Below are positions 49,657 through 59,249 of a stretch of 64,000 bases of DNA, piece after piece. Both the position numbers and the translations under genes were made by a program. The stretch covers positions 1 through 64,000 of IMG/VR virus record IMGVR_UViG_2681813421_000002. One strand, written 5' to 3'. Position 1 is the stretch's first letter. Every line of letters starts with the position of its first letter. The notes beneath the pieces were generated by a model. It did no database searches. It saw only the letters and a program-made list of their open reading frames with translations, and was not told the DNA's origin. Source of the stretch: a virus. Lineage: Duplodnaviria > Heunggongvirae > Uroviricota > Caudoviricetes.

Positions 49657-50151
49657 TTATAACTTTTCGTACTGAAGCGGTGAACGCTTAATTTCAAAGT
49701 GGCCTTCCGATGTGCTACCAAAGCCACCAGCACCACGCTCCGTTTCGTTGAGTTCCTCAACCTCGACTAGTGAGACTTGTTCAACACGCTCAAAAATTCC
49801 TTGCATGACAGCCATTCCAGGCTTGAGACAAACGCCTTCCCCGCCGGGATCAGTAATCAGTTTTGCCATGATTTCGCCGCGATAATCGGAGTCGATAATT
49901 CCTACGCAGTTAGCCAGGCGAGTATGTTTTTTGCAGCCCAATCCTGATCGCGGATAGAGTTTCAGACACCAGCCGGGCGGGATCTCCATAGCCAGTCCGG
50001 TATACACCCACCAGCTTGAGGAAATTGCACCATTGCTATCGACGCATGGTTTTATTTCAACAGCCTCAAAATCCATCGCCGCCGATCCGGAGGTGGCATA
50101 AGCTGGAAGTTTTGCTGCCGGATGTAGGCGTTTCACTTTTACGTAAATCAT
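49657..50151 (-). CDS. dut: dUTP diphosphatase
   Basis: Trimeric dUTPase motifs (GLGCKKH..., GIIDSDYRGE, GERGAGGFGSTS). Confidence 0.8.
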   Translation of the reverse strand: MIYVKVKRLHPAAKLPAYATSGSAAMDFEAVEIKPCVDSNGAISSSWWVYTGLAMEIPPGWCLKLYPRSGLGCKKHTRLANCVGIIDSDYRGEIMAKLITDPGGEGVCLKPGMAVMQGIFERVEQVSLVEVEELNETERGAGGFGSTSEGHFEIKRSPLQYEKL

Positions 50152-50624
50152 TGTTTTTTAGCTCTCTGCGTGAAGGTGTAAACCCGACGTTTGATATGTG
50201 GAACGGTAGGAACAGGAAGACAGGAACTTTCAATAACTCCTTGCTCATCCAGCGATCGCACCGCCCGCAAGAACTGCGACGTGTCGCCGCCAAACTGGCG
50301 GGCATAGGTGCTGCCGTTATGAAGTATTTGAGCTATTACCCGAGTTTTTGTCTGGCTGTCACGATATGCGAATAGCCGCACGGCCTCTTCTGGCGCAATC
50401 GCTAACTGATAGCCTTTCCCGGCACGGTGTCGAATGAATCCATGCGCCAGTAGGTTTTTGAGTTCGTTACGAGTGCGAACAGATCCGTAACCCAGGAAGT
50501 GTGGATTGATAACGACTGGCTTAAACCATTCCGTAGGTGCTTTAGCTAATAGAGCTAACAGCTTCCCGGATAATTCTGGATAGGAAGACGGGTAACAATT
50601 CAGAGATGGGTAATAAGTTTTCAC
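50148..50624 (-). CDS. Hypothetical protein
   Basis: 158-aa ORF, overlaps dut start by 4 nt. Confidence 0.45.
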   Translation of the reverse strand: MKTYYPSLNCYPSSYPELSGKLLALLAKAPTEWFKPVVINPHFLGYGSVRTRNELKNLLAHGFIRHRAGKGYQLAIAPEEAVRLFAYRDSQTKTRVIAQILHNGSTYARQFGGDTSQFLRAVRSLDEQGVIESSCLPVPTVPHIKRRVYTFTQRAKKQ

Positions 50625-50965
50625 CGACGCCCCCTTGCAGGATATCGACCTGCATTAGTATCCGGTGCAATAAAGCCGGTAGTGGGGCGAGTGAAAGCGA
50701 GATTAATCTTCTCGACCATAGTGCGATAATTTTCCTGATAGTGGGCCAGGAGTTTTTCGGCGGCAATGATGGTTACTTTCCGGACGTAGCTTTCTGCTTC
50801 CTCCAGATTTCGCCAGTTTTTTTCGAGGGTAAACACAGGGACGGCCTCAAGCCCGGTCATGATGCCGAACACAACGACAGCATGACTGTTCTTAACACCA
50901 GCGGCGAAGGTTACGGTGTAACCATCCACCTTGAAGCGTCTTGATTCCGTGATTTGACTCTGCAA
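50621..50965 (-). CDS. Hypothetical protein, first gene of operon
   Basis: 114-aa ORF directly downstream of operator motif at 51023. Confidence 0.45.
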   Translation of the reverse strand: MQSQITESRRFKVDGYTVTFAAGVKNSHAVVVFGIMTGLEAVPVFTLEKNWRNLEEAESYVRKVTIIAAEKLLAHYQENYRTMVEKINLAFTRPTTGFIAPDTNAGRYPARGRR

Positions 50966-51022
50966 AGCACCCTCCTAAATAGGCGAGGGTACTTTACAGC
51001 AAAGATGTTAATCTAAAAAGAT

Positions 51023-51038
51023 GTGTTAGAAATTTAAT
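51023..51038 (-). promoter_or_regulatory. Operator-like motif (AAATTTCTAACACA on minus strand)
   Basis: TCTAACA core between cre 3' end and operon 50965-47344. Confidence 0.5.
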
Positions 51039-52067
51039 TTATAAATCCATCAGGCGGCTATTAGCCCCCACAGACACGCCGCCACGGCGCAGATACCGCA
51101 TAAGTGTTTCCGGTTTCTTCCAGGTTCCTTCCTGCATAATCTCCACCATAGAGACCTGCTTTTCAGCCATATCGATAGCGGCCCCGACGCGTGCACTATG
51201 CCCGGTCCACGTCCGGTATCTTCCTTTGTTTGGCGTAGCATCTCCTTTATTCAGCAACACCCAGGCGTCGCTGAATATTTTCTCCATTGCAGGTGCAGTA
51301 AGGGGCGTTATCGTGATCCTGGCCTTATTGCTACGGTGTATCGGCGGGAACAGCACTGCGTCAGGATGTTCGCGAAGCCCGGAAACATCCAGCCAGTCAT
51401 TCAGCACAGCGGTAGTGCGACGGGAAAGCACCTTATCAAGCCCGGCGGCGGTCGTTATTGTCTTCGTGTGTGAAATATGTAGCGTGACAGTGTCACCTGT
51501 TTGGTCCAGATCTCCTACACGAATACGCGAGATTTCCGACATACGCATCAGCGTATTGTATGCAACAAAGAGAAAAGCCCGGTTGCGCAGGTCCACCAGC
51601 CGTTCAGACCTGGACAACAGGACGTCGAGCAGTTTCAGATCGTCCCACCGCAGCGGTATAGCCTGGCCTGTTCGTTCGCCTTTTTCAGTTGCCGCTTCGC
51701 GCCGGATGCGCCGCATAGCCAGAGAAACACTTTTATCATCCGAAAGTGGTGGAAGGCCACAATGCGAAAGCAGCATGTTCAGCATGGCGTAGTGCTTATC
51801 AATGGTGGTCGAAGCCAGATCGGCATCATGCAGCTGAAGAAAATACTCGCGGGCCATTTCTGGTGAGATCGGAAACCAGGCAAGCTGGCGAGCGTGACAC
51901 CAGCGCGCCCAGGAATGAAACACCAAACGGAGGTCGCGCAGAGTATTCGGCGCATAAGCTCCCTGGTCATTCATGAACCGCATAAAGTTTTCTGCGGCTT
52001 CCTGGTACTCTTTGCCAATGTTGCGCAGAAAACCACCGGAACTGCCAGAGATAATTAATTCACCCAT
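51039..52067 (-). CDS. cre: Cre-like tyrosine site-specific recombinase
   Basis: 342 aa colinear with P1 Cre as recalled (VSLAMRRIRRE, IRNRAFLFVAYNTLMRMSEISRIRVGD, GHSARVGAAIDMA, catalytic Tyr region LMRYLRR). Confidence 0.9.
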   Translation of the reverse strand: MGELIISGSSGGFLRNIGKEYQEAAENFMRFMNDQGAYAPNTLRDLRLVFHSWARWCHARQLAWFPISPEMAREYFLQLHDADLASTTIDKHYAMLNMLLSHCGLPPLSDDKSVSLAMRRIRREAATEKGERTGQAIPLRWDDLKLLDVLLSRSERLVDLRNRAFLFVAYNTLMRMSEISRIRVGDLDQTGDTVTLHISHTKTITTAAGLDKVLSRRTTAVLNDWLDVSGLREHPDAVLFPPIHRSNKARITITPLTAPAMEKIFSDAWVLLNKGDATPNKGRYRTWTGHSARVGAAIDMAEKQVSMVEIMQEGTWKKPETLMRYLRRGGVSVGANSRLMDL

Positions 52068-52218
52068 GAAACTATTTGACCTCTATATACAGATGACGCT
52101 ACGCGAAAAATATAAAAATGACAGGGTAGCTATAAGTTAATTTTCAAAATACAAGCCTTTGATTCGAGGCACGTATTTTCAGTGATGTCAACACTGTTCA
52201 TCTACACATGATTATAGC

Positions 52219-52252
52219 CTAACTTTAAATAATGCCAATTATTTAAAGTTAT
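52219..52252. other. lox-like recombination site CTAACTTTAAATA-ATGCCAAT-TATTTAAAGTTAT (13-8-13)
   Basis: 12/13 inverted-repeat arms flanking 8-bp asymmetric spacer, about 150 bp upstream of cre start; outer arms share AACTT with loxP. Confidence 0.7.
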
Positions 52253-52433
52253 AAAATGCCGATTTTTTTTAATCCATCATAGATTGATGATGACCAGTAA
52301 CACGTTGCCTTCATGGTCTTTAATTTGCGAAGTGTGGTTTCTACGGTTGGTTTTCTAAAATTGATGACAAAAAATCACAGTTCGATCCTTTACTCACCCT
52401 GTTATTCGACATAAATTTGTCATAGTAATTTTA

Positions 52434-52450
52434 TGTTAGAAAACTAAATC
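52434..52450 (-). promoter_or_regulatory. Operator-like motif (TTTAGTTTTCTAACATAA on minus strand)
   Basis: TCTAACA core immediately upstream of 52462 gene. Confidence 0.5.
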
Positions 52451-52461
52451 GAGTAGGAATA

Positions 52462-53499
52462 ATGAGTAAGAAGTCGATCGAGAAAGAGTACAAACGGTTC
52501 CTGCAAACCGCTGAACGGTGGAAAGAGCTGGTGGTCGCAAACTCTGTTTTCCATGATACCAGTTATGCTGGCGAGGAATTCCGCCATGTTGCATTAACGC
52601 ATGACCAAAACATATTAGAAGAAGCTGAAAAATGTCTTGCTGAATGGAAAGCCTTCGTTGACATGTGCCGCGATGCCGACGGCAAAGCGTCGAACATTGT
52701 TGAGTCTGTATATTCTCCGATCCCATTCATCATTGAGGACACCAATCAAAGCACGCATGTCGTTGTGCAAAGCGCTACAACAACACGTACATTTACACGT
52801 GAACAATTGCTAAAAAAATACGACAAAATCATAAAGAAAAGCCTGAAAAATAGGGTTTTTTCTCAAATCGTAGGTGCTCTTGAAGAAGAACAGCGCTTCT
52901 TTGAAGCTGAGCCTGAAGGCGAGATCTACCGGGCGCGTAAAGAGGCATATACAGATGTTGTGCTGACAACAAACATCGAAGGCAGCAATGCCCTTTCTCG
53001 CTTTAGAGTTGGCGCACATGGCGCATTGGTTTTCGCAAGACTACCGAAGACAACGATCCCCGTTGTCAATAATGTTGGTGAACGCCGGAGCATTACAATT
53101 TATTCTGGCGTCGAATCGGTACCATGCAGCCTTCTCGGCGATTTTAACTTATATCGTGTTCGTGACCTGGAAAAACACCAGCCAAGCTACGTTGCGAAGT
53201 CGTACATCTTAAGGAACATCGATATTCGCAATGAAAGCCTTAAGCAGAAATCCGCTAAGATGCTGGAGGATGCCGATCCGGCTATTCGCCATATCATTGA
53301 ACGTAAGATACGTACATCACGTGAAGCAATGGCAAGGTTGGATAAAATGGATCTGGAATTGTTAGACGTAATGATGGCCTCTGGAGACGACCTGACCGGC
53401 ATTAAACTGAATGAAGCTCGTAAAAAATACGGCAAAGCAATCGAAGAACGTTACGGATACACATTCCCCCAAACGCAGTACGCCGCGAAGCTCTGGTAA
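52462..53499 (+). CDS. Hypothetical protein at the P1 c1 position (candidate immunity/regulatory protein)
   Basis: 345-aa ORF between lox-cre and pacB, convergent with pacB, operator motif in leader; no recognised similarity to P1 C1. Confidence 0.45.
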   Translation: MSKKSIEKEYKRFLQTAERWKELVVANSVFHDTSYAGEEFRHVALTHDQNILEEAEKCLAEWKAFVDMCRDADGKASNIVESVYSPIPFIIEDTNQSTHVVVQSATTTRTFTREQLLKKYDKIIKKSLKNRVFSQIVGALEEEQRFFEAEPEGEIYRARKEAYTDVVLTTNIEGSNALSRFRVGAHGALVFARLPKTTIPVVNNVGERRSITIYSGVESVPCSLLGDFNLYRVRDLEKHQPSYVAKSYILRNIDIRNESLKQKSAKMLEDADPAIRHIIERKIRTSREAMARLDKMDLELLDVMMASGDDLTGIKLNEARKKYGKAIEERYGYTFPQTQYAAKLW

Positions 53500-53527
53500 T
53501 CACAACCGGCCCCGCATCGCGGGGCTT

Positions 53528-55036
53528 TTATATATCCAGATCCGGCATTTCGATATCCGCCAGAACCTGATCTCGGAAAGTTGCCATTTCGGCACCAATA
53601 TCTTCATTAGCAGGCACATAGTCCACCAGCATAGTGAAGCAGTAGGTATCCCATCGGTCAGGCGATTTGATGTTTAGCTTTTGCCGCATGTGCTCTTTGC
53701 GCATCATCGCCATTTTCCCTTCCTCATTCAGTAAAAAGGGGATTTTTGACGCTTGCTCTGCCGTTTTAGGGTCACTGTCTATCCGCATACGCCCTGACTT
53801 TATGGCATCACGCGCCATAATATTTGCGTAGGCACGCTGATTAACAAATCGCTCCCTGTCTTTGTTCGCAAACATGGGTTTTCCCCACCGAATACGTACC
53901 GGGTTCGCACCACGACGTACCAACTGCGCACACGTATCAGAACCAAAACCATCGGCATCAACCGCGATTGTTATATTCGGGTATTTTTCCGGCGTACATT
54001 CGTTATATATAAAGTCAGCAAAGGCCAATGGGTCCATAGTGCCAGGCATCTCCATTACCTTAAAGTTAACAACGCGCCGCTTATCCCTGTGACCAGATAC
54101 CTTGCAGATGTTGAGGACCGACTTATCTCGCCCATTACCAACGTCAGCCGTTGCCACCCATCCCCAGTTTTTCTCCAACAACACCTTGCGGCGAGCAGCG
54201 CGATCGCATTCATCACGACCAAGCAAATAGCCGTTAATTTCTCGTGGGAACTGACCAAGCACCTTGACCATATACTCAATAGAATCGCGCCCACCATATT
54301 CCAGAAGCTTCTGCCTGATGAATTGTGGTGTGACGAACGGTGATTCTTCCGAGTTAAGAACAATTGCTGTCCAGATCCCTTTCGGGTTGTCTGGGGTTTT
54401 TGCTTGAGAATGGTGCGAATCGTAGAAATAACCACTTGGCCTTGTTGGCTGGGATAGCATCAACATCCGGTTATCTTCTTCAGTAAGAGCACCGGTCATT
54501 ACGCCGATCGCCTTATCAGATATACCAGATGCTTCATCCAGAATTAGAAGCAAATGTGCCGCATGTTCCCCCGCCAGCGCTTCTTCGTTGCCGAGTCGAT
54601 AACCTTTGCAGAGAACTTCCCAAATCCCCTTACGGGAGCGCTCATAAAACATGGTGTCAGAGAGGACAAAATAGGTCTGCAACCACCCATGACGCTTAAC
54701 TGCATTCGCCCAATACTGTTTAACGTATTTGAATACGCCTGTTTTTACCTGGCCTATCTTGTTAGCAACAATGATGACACGGGCATCGGGGAACAGGATC
54801 ATAAAAATCAACAGCAACATCGCGGTAAGGGACGACTTCCCAGTTCCGTGTCCGGACGTGACGGTCGTCCTACTCCCCGTTTCCTGCACGGACTGAATGA
54901 TCTGCTGCTGCTGGTGGGAGGGGAACATCCCAAAAATATCGACAACAGCCTGGGTAAAGTTGTAGCGGTATTTGATTACCATATCGCGCCAGCGTGGATC
55001 GCTGGTGACGCATTTAATCTTGCGCCCTCCAGCCAT
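53528..55036 (-). CDS. pacB: Terminase large subunit PacB
   Basis: Walker A SGHGTGKSS, Walker B LLLILDEASGI, C-terminal nuclease-domain length; directly downstream of pacA. Confidence 0.85.
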   Translation of the reverse strand: MAGGRKIKCVTSDPRWRDMVIKYRYNFTQAVVDIFGMFPSHQQQQIIQSVQETGSRTTVTSGHGTGKSSLTAMLLLIFMILFPDARVIIVANKIGQVKTGVFKYVKQYWANAVKRHGWLQTYFVLSDTMFYERSRKGIWEVLCKGYRLGNEEALAGEHAAHLLLILDEASGISDKAIGVMTGALTEEDNRMLMLSQPTRPSGYFYDSHHSQAKTPDNPKGIWTAIVLNSEESPFVTPQFIRQKLLEYGGRDSIEYMVKVLGQFPREINGYLLGRDECDRAARRKVLLEKNWGWVATADVGNGRDKSVLNICKVSGHRDKRRVVNFKVMEMPGTMDPLAFADFIYNECTPEKYPNITIAVDADGFGSDTCAQLVRRGANPVRIRWGKPMFANKDRERFVNQRAYANIMARDAIKSGRMRIDSDPKTAEQASKIPFLLNEEGKMAMMRKEHMRQKLNIKSPDRWDTYCFTMLVDYVPANEDIGAEMATFRDQVLADIEMPDLDI

Positions 55037-56400
55037 TAATCATCCTCCGGCGGTTCTATCGCGATATCTTCATCTCCGGCGTCATACCCTGCATCAGATG
55101 CATCATAATCACCGTAAATTTCAGCCGTTGCCGAAGGGTCAATATCCAGCTCTTCGTCGTTGGCCTCGAATTCTCCAGCTTTACGCTCGCCATTGCGGTC
55201 GTAATCTCCGCACCCCAATTCTTCAACAATGGTTGCCACATCCGCCCGGCGCTCTGCCAGCCATTGCGGATGGTTAGCCTGAAGCGTCGCAAACTCCCTT
55301 GCCTCTTTGTCCAGCTGTTCATCATCAACATCATTGACGTCAGAAACAGGTGGTTCGAGAAGAGTGATAGCTTTCGCCGCGCGCGCCGCGAGGATAGCCG
55401 GGACGCTGACCCCCTGGCGCTCGATGTATTCAGCAACACCGATATCATCCAGTTCCTCGCGCTCACGCATACGTATAGCGGCGGCGATAACTCTGGCTGC
55501 GCGTGCGTCAGCGCCAATGCGATATTCAATCTCTTTGCCACGCTGTTCGGCCTGTAGGCGTGCTAATTCGAGTTTTTCTCTGGCCTCAGCCTCTTTGAAT
55601 GCTTGCTGGCGAGCGCTCTGACGAAGCTTTTCATCCCCCTGTCGCAGCTTTTGTTCGGACTGATATATAGCTGCCAACCTACTGATAAAATCATTCATGT
55701 AGTAGGCAGCGTCACTGATTAGACCGAGAAGGCGCTGCCCAGGGTGCATTCCTTCTGGCTCTTTATCGCCCAAGGCGTCTATTTCCGCCTGTAGACGTTC
55801 GGCCTCCTGATCAACAATGCTTTGATACTGAAGTGCGCGCTCTTGCGCCATTTGAATTGCTAACCGCAGGTGTTCTTCTGCGCCGTTCTTCATCATATCG
55901 CGAGCCACATTCGTAGTGGGCAATGTGGCACGCTGCACAGCACCGCCAGGGATCATTGCTGAAGATCCCTCAATTTTTGGGGCGCTTTTATCTTCTTCGG
56001 GGATCATTTTCGCCATTTTTTCGCGCAATGATCTCCTGACAGATTCTTTTATCTCATTGTTATTATTTGCATTATTTTCATGATCCGAAGTTTTCTTTCT
56101 CGGCATACTTCGGAAAGAACCTGCGCCCTGCGAATTGTCAATTTCTGTAAATTTTGTTTTTTCTGCACCCTCTTCCAGCTTTTTTGTTGCTCTTCCCGCC
56201 CGTTTTTTTTCAGGTGATTTGGTGCTTTTTTTTGTTGTCTTTACCTGCGACCGCACCTCATTTTTTTTCATATTGAGATGCTTTCTGGCTGTATTGAAGC
56301 TAAGGCCATGCTCCTCACAGTATTCCTTTACAGTGATCCCTTTTTCTTCACGCAACGCTATAAAGCGGGCGCGGTGCTCCTCCCAATTAACCAGACTCAT
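55036..56400 (-). CDS. pacA: Terminase small/pac-recognition subunit PacA
   Basis: N-terminal HTH (ITVKEYCEEHGLSFNTARKHL), acidic C-terminus; contains GATC cluster. Confidence 0.75.
   Translation of the reverse strand: MSLVNWEEHRARFIALREEKGITVKEYCEEHGLSFNTARKHLNMKKNEVRSQVKTTKKSTKSPEKKRAGRATKKLEEGAEKTKFTEIDNSQGAGSFRSMPRKKTSDHENNANNNNEIKESVRRSLREKMAKMIPEEDKSAPKIEGSSAMIPGGAVQRATLPTTNVARDMMKNGAEEHLRLAIQMAQERALQYQSIVDQEAERLQAEIDALGDKEPEGMHPGQRLLGLISDAAYYMNDFISRLAAIYQSEQKLRQGDEKLRQSARQQAFKEAEAREKLELARLQAEQRGKEIEYRIGADARAARVIAAAIRMREREELDDIGVAEYIERQGVSVPAILAARAAKAITLLEPPVSDVNDVDDEQLDKEAREFATLQANHPQWLAERRADVATIVEELGCGDYDRNGERKAGEFEANDEELDIDPSATAEIYGDYDASDAGYDAGDEDIAIEPPEDD
55945..56090 (-). other. 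Candidate pac site: 5 GATC within 135 bp inside pacA
   Basis: GATC at 55951, 55964, 56002, 56030, 56082; P1 pac is a Dam-site cluster within pacA. Confidence 0.4.
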
Positions 56401-56789
56401 AAAGCAACACCACGCTTTTTAACGGCGGCATTCCACAGCTTATTCGCCATGTCCACCAGCTCTCGTTGCTCTTTTCGCGCCTGTTCGACTGATTTCCTGC
56501 TACAGTTTTTAACCAGTAAGCTACCGTATTCAGGCGTGCGCCCGCGCACCTTGAACTGATATCCGTTCAGGCCATGCAACCAGTATTTCCGTGGGTAAAC
56601 ACGATCATCAAGCTCACAAATAGCTCGGCTTGACCGCACAAAATGCCGAATGATGTTGGTTACACTTACGCGTGAAACATGAAGGTGAGGATATTTTTCT
56701 TTAGCTAGAGTGGTGATTTCGGTGACTGTCAGATAGCAGTCAGCCCTAATCATGATATCCGCAATTTCTGCGCTGCTGATATGCTCCAT
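56397..56789 (-). CDS. lpa: Late promoter activator Lpa-like protein
   Basis: 130-aa ORF immediately upstream of pacA with operator motif in its leader; assignment by position. Confidence 0.5.
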   Translation of the reverse strand: MEHISSAEIADIMIRADCYLTVTEITTLAKEKYPHLHVSRVSVTNIIRHFVRSSRAICELDDRVYPRKYWLHGLNGYQFKVRGRTPEYGSLLVKNCSRKSVEQARKEQRELVDMANKLWNAAVKKRGVAL

Positions 56790-56868
56790 TAATCCCCCAG
56801 GCAGGAAATGACCGAGGGGATGATAATGAGAATGTTATTTCTGTATAGACTGGCAAAAAGTTGGTTAT

Positions 56869-56898
56869 ATTAGAAAATTAATTCCATTCATCTAACAC
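56869..56898. promoter_or_regulatory. Operator-like motifs (ATTAGAAAAT and TCTAACAC) upstream of lpa
   Basis: Two partially inverted TCTAACA-type cores in 100-bp leader. Confidence 0.45.
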
Positions 56899-57290
56899 TA
56901 CCAGCGAGATAAGCGAACGACGTGTTTTACCTTAGCGATCCACTTACCACGTGAGTTATTAATTACGGCCTGCGCCACCTTTAAGCTGACTTCAAAATCA
57001 GCCTTACGACCATCAGAATCCACCAGCGTTGCACCGTCTATTTCCGGCAGGCTTAAATAATCCTGTTCTACCTCTAATGGCATTGACGGCTCTCTGAATG
57101 GTGTCAATTGCCGAGCTTTCCAGATAAAGCGAACTCTCAATCCCCTATAAGCCATTACCATGTAGCCTGTTATCGTGCTCTTATGGCCTGCATCAGTACG
57201 CGCAGCATTACACGATACAATCTTACAGGTGACGATATTCCACTCCACATTGGATACTTCGTGAATGCTTAATTTTGTGGTCTCGTACAT
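56898..57290 (-). CDS. Hypothetical protein
   Basis: 130-aa ORF. Confidence 0.45.
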   Translation of the reverse strand: MYETTKLSIHEVSNVEWNIVTCKIVSCNAARTDAGHKSTITGYMVMAYRGLRVRFIWKARQLTPFREPSMPLEVEQDYLSLPEIDGATLVDSDGRKADFEVSLKVAQAVINNSRGKWIAKVKHVVRLSRW

Positions 57291-57865
57291 CAGAATGCCT
57301 CCCAGTCAGTCGCGATAATATCCACGCCAGTGGCGAACCAGTCTGTCTGTGCCTGTAAGTCTCCATTCATCATTACCAGCCGAGGCATAACCATCACATC
57401 GCACCCTTCCACAATATCGAATGCTTCTTCCGGCAGGAATTCGACGAGCTTTTCTTTGCTGCCTATACTGCCACGGAACATCGACATATAGCTCCCTTTA
57501 GGCCATGATGCCCGGCGGGCGTCAAGCCCCTTCATCATCCAGAACACGGCGGCAGAAAAATTGATGTTCTTTTTGGCGATGAAAACATTATTGGCTTCTG
57601 TTTGCTTCAGAAACTTAATTAGCCTTGCCATCGACTCTGATAACGCTACGTATGGCTCATGATTGGCTGCGGACACGCTCACACCATGTAATCCAACACT
57701 GACTACCGTCATATCGCCGCTTTGAGCGGTTTCAATGTTGACACCTTTGCGAACTAACGAGGCATAAAGTTCCTCTCGCTTTTGTGTCCAGCGTTCCCGC
57801 TGACCGATGAAGTCACTCAATATGAGATCTGCTTCTGCATACGCGTTATCGTTCGCCGTTAACAT
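57290..57865 (-). CDS. Hypothetical protein
   Basis: 191-aa ORF; stop overlaps next start. Confidence 0.45.
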   Translation of the reverse strand: MLTANDNAYAEADLILSDFIGQRERWTQKREELYASLVRKGVNIETAQSGDMTVVSVGLHGVSVSAANHEPYVALSESMARLIKFLKQTEANNVFIAKKNINFSAAVFWMMKGLDARRASWPKGSYMSMFRGSIGSKEKLVEFLPEEAFDIVEGCDVMVMPRLVMMNGDLQAQTDWFATGVDIIATDWEAF

Positions 57866-58318
57866 AACGTCTCCTTTTTACACGCGCGACCATCCCTCGG
57901 TTAAACCGATAGAGATGTCGAAACTTCGTATTAATTAAGGGTTACAGCCTGAGCGGCTATATGATGAATTGAAAGGAGTTGTGGCGGTGGTGCCTCCACC
58001 TGCCAGGTTAGCCACTCCTGGCGACGTCACTTATCAGAACGTAGTGAATGAAAATGGCTTCGTCACGAGCGCATAGCCGCAATTACCACAACGGAAACGG
58101 CGCTCACGCTAATTAAACGCCTTTTCCTGTTGTGCGCCGTACTCTTCCGGCTGTCACACCGAATCGCCAGGATGGTGAGTCCTCGGTCCGACGATATGAA
58201 CGGGGCTTGCACATTCCGGCTACCTGGTTTGTTGCCTGAGCTAGGGGAAAAGGTAACCCCTTTAACGTCACCAGACCGCTAACGACGCATGTGCCAGACG
58301 CCGTGTTACAACCAAATA

Positions 58319-58394
58319 TGGTGGCCCCTACCGGACTTGAACCGGTGACCGTGCGATTATGAGTCGCCAGCTCTAACCACTGAGCTAAAGGGCC
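58319..58394 (-). tRNA. tRNA with CAU anticodon, tRNA-Ile2 (lysidine)-like
   Basis: Cloverleaf with encoded CCA; resembles E. coli ileX as recalled. Confidence 0.85.
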
Positions 58395-58421
58395 GGATTA
58401 CTGCCAATTTTGCTTACGCTT

Positions 58422-59249
58422 TTATTTCACCGGAACAAACGGAACAGCGGCATTACTGGTCATATACTGCGGTAATGTACCGTTCCATTTGTTGATCGCT
58501 TCCAACTCCATAACACCGGGGTTCTGGCGCAGAGCTTCACCACGTAAACGAATGGCATCAGCTTCGGCCTGGGCTTTTGTGCGAATAGCATCAGCCTGTC
58601 CGGCAGCTTCCGCGCGCAGCATGTTGGCCTCTGCTTCACGTTGTTTGACCTCTTGCTCGCGTTGCAGGGTTTTTTGGTTTGCCGTAACTTTGGCGTTAAT
58701 ACTGTCAATAACTGTTGGCGGATATTCTGGCTTACCTACATAAGAGAGGCTCATCACCTGAATGCCGATTGGCGTCATTTCTTCCTGAATGTCTTTAAGG
58801 GCTGCATCAAGCAATTCAGATTTGCCACCGTCGATAAATTTGTCGGTGGTCATTTTGCTGGCTAACCGGTTCAGAGCATCTGCAACCTTCTGGCGTAGAT
58901 CGGTATCAGTAATATCATCTACACCTTTGCGATAGGTCTGAAATACCGTTGTGACTTTTGCTGGATCAACCTTGTAGGCTACGCCGATGTGGTAACCAAT
59001 GGTTGTTCCGTCGCTCATCTGGAAGCTGAACGGCTCATCGTATGTCTTCATTTGCTTAAAGGTCGGGAAGATATAAACTTCAGTATTCAAGCCTGTCCAG
59101 TAGCGACCAACACCAACTACTTCACCGATACCTTTATCATCCCCCAGCTTATTTACTTTGATCCCTACGTTACCTGGCTCTACCCGATCGCATCCGGTCA
59201 GACATAAAGAACCCAAAATAATCGCTGCACTAATCAACGTTTTTTTCAT
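58422..59249 (-). CDS. SPFH/band-7 (prohibitin-like) domain lipoprotein
   Basis: Lipoprotein signal peptide with lipobox LTGC; SPFH-like core followed by Ala/Glu/Gln-rich coiled-coil tail. Confidence 0.6.
   Translation of the reverse strand: MKKTLISAAIILGSLCLTGCDRVEPGNVGIKVNKLGDDKGIGEVVGVGRYWTGLNTEVYIFPTFKQMKTYDEPFSFQMSDGTTIGYHIGVAYKVDPAKVTTVFQTYRKGVDDITDTDLRQKVADALNRLASKMTTDKFIDGGKSELLDAALKDIQEEMTPIGIQVMSLSYVGKPEYPPTVIDSINAKVTANQKTLQREQEVKQREAEANMLRAEAAGQADAIRTKAQAEADAIRLRGEALRQNPGVMELEAINKWNGTLPQYMTSNAAVPFVPVK

Noticed and set aside
52462-53499. Calling this gene c1 outright
   Set aside because: Position and operator in its leader are suggestive, but I see no sequence similarity to P1 C1 from memory, so it is left as a hypothesis.
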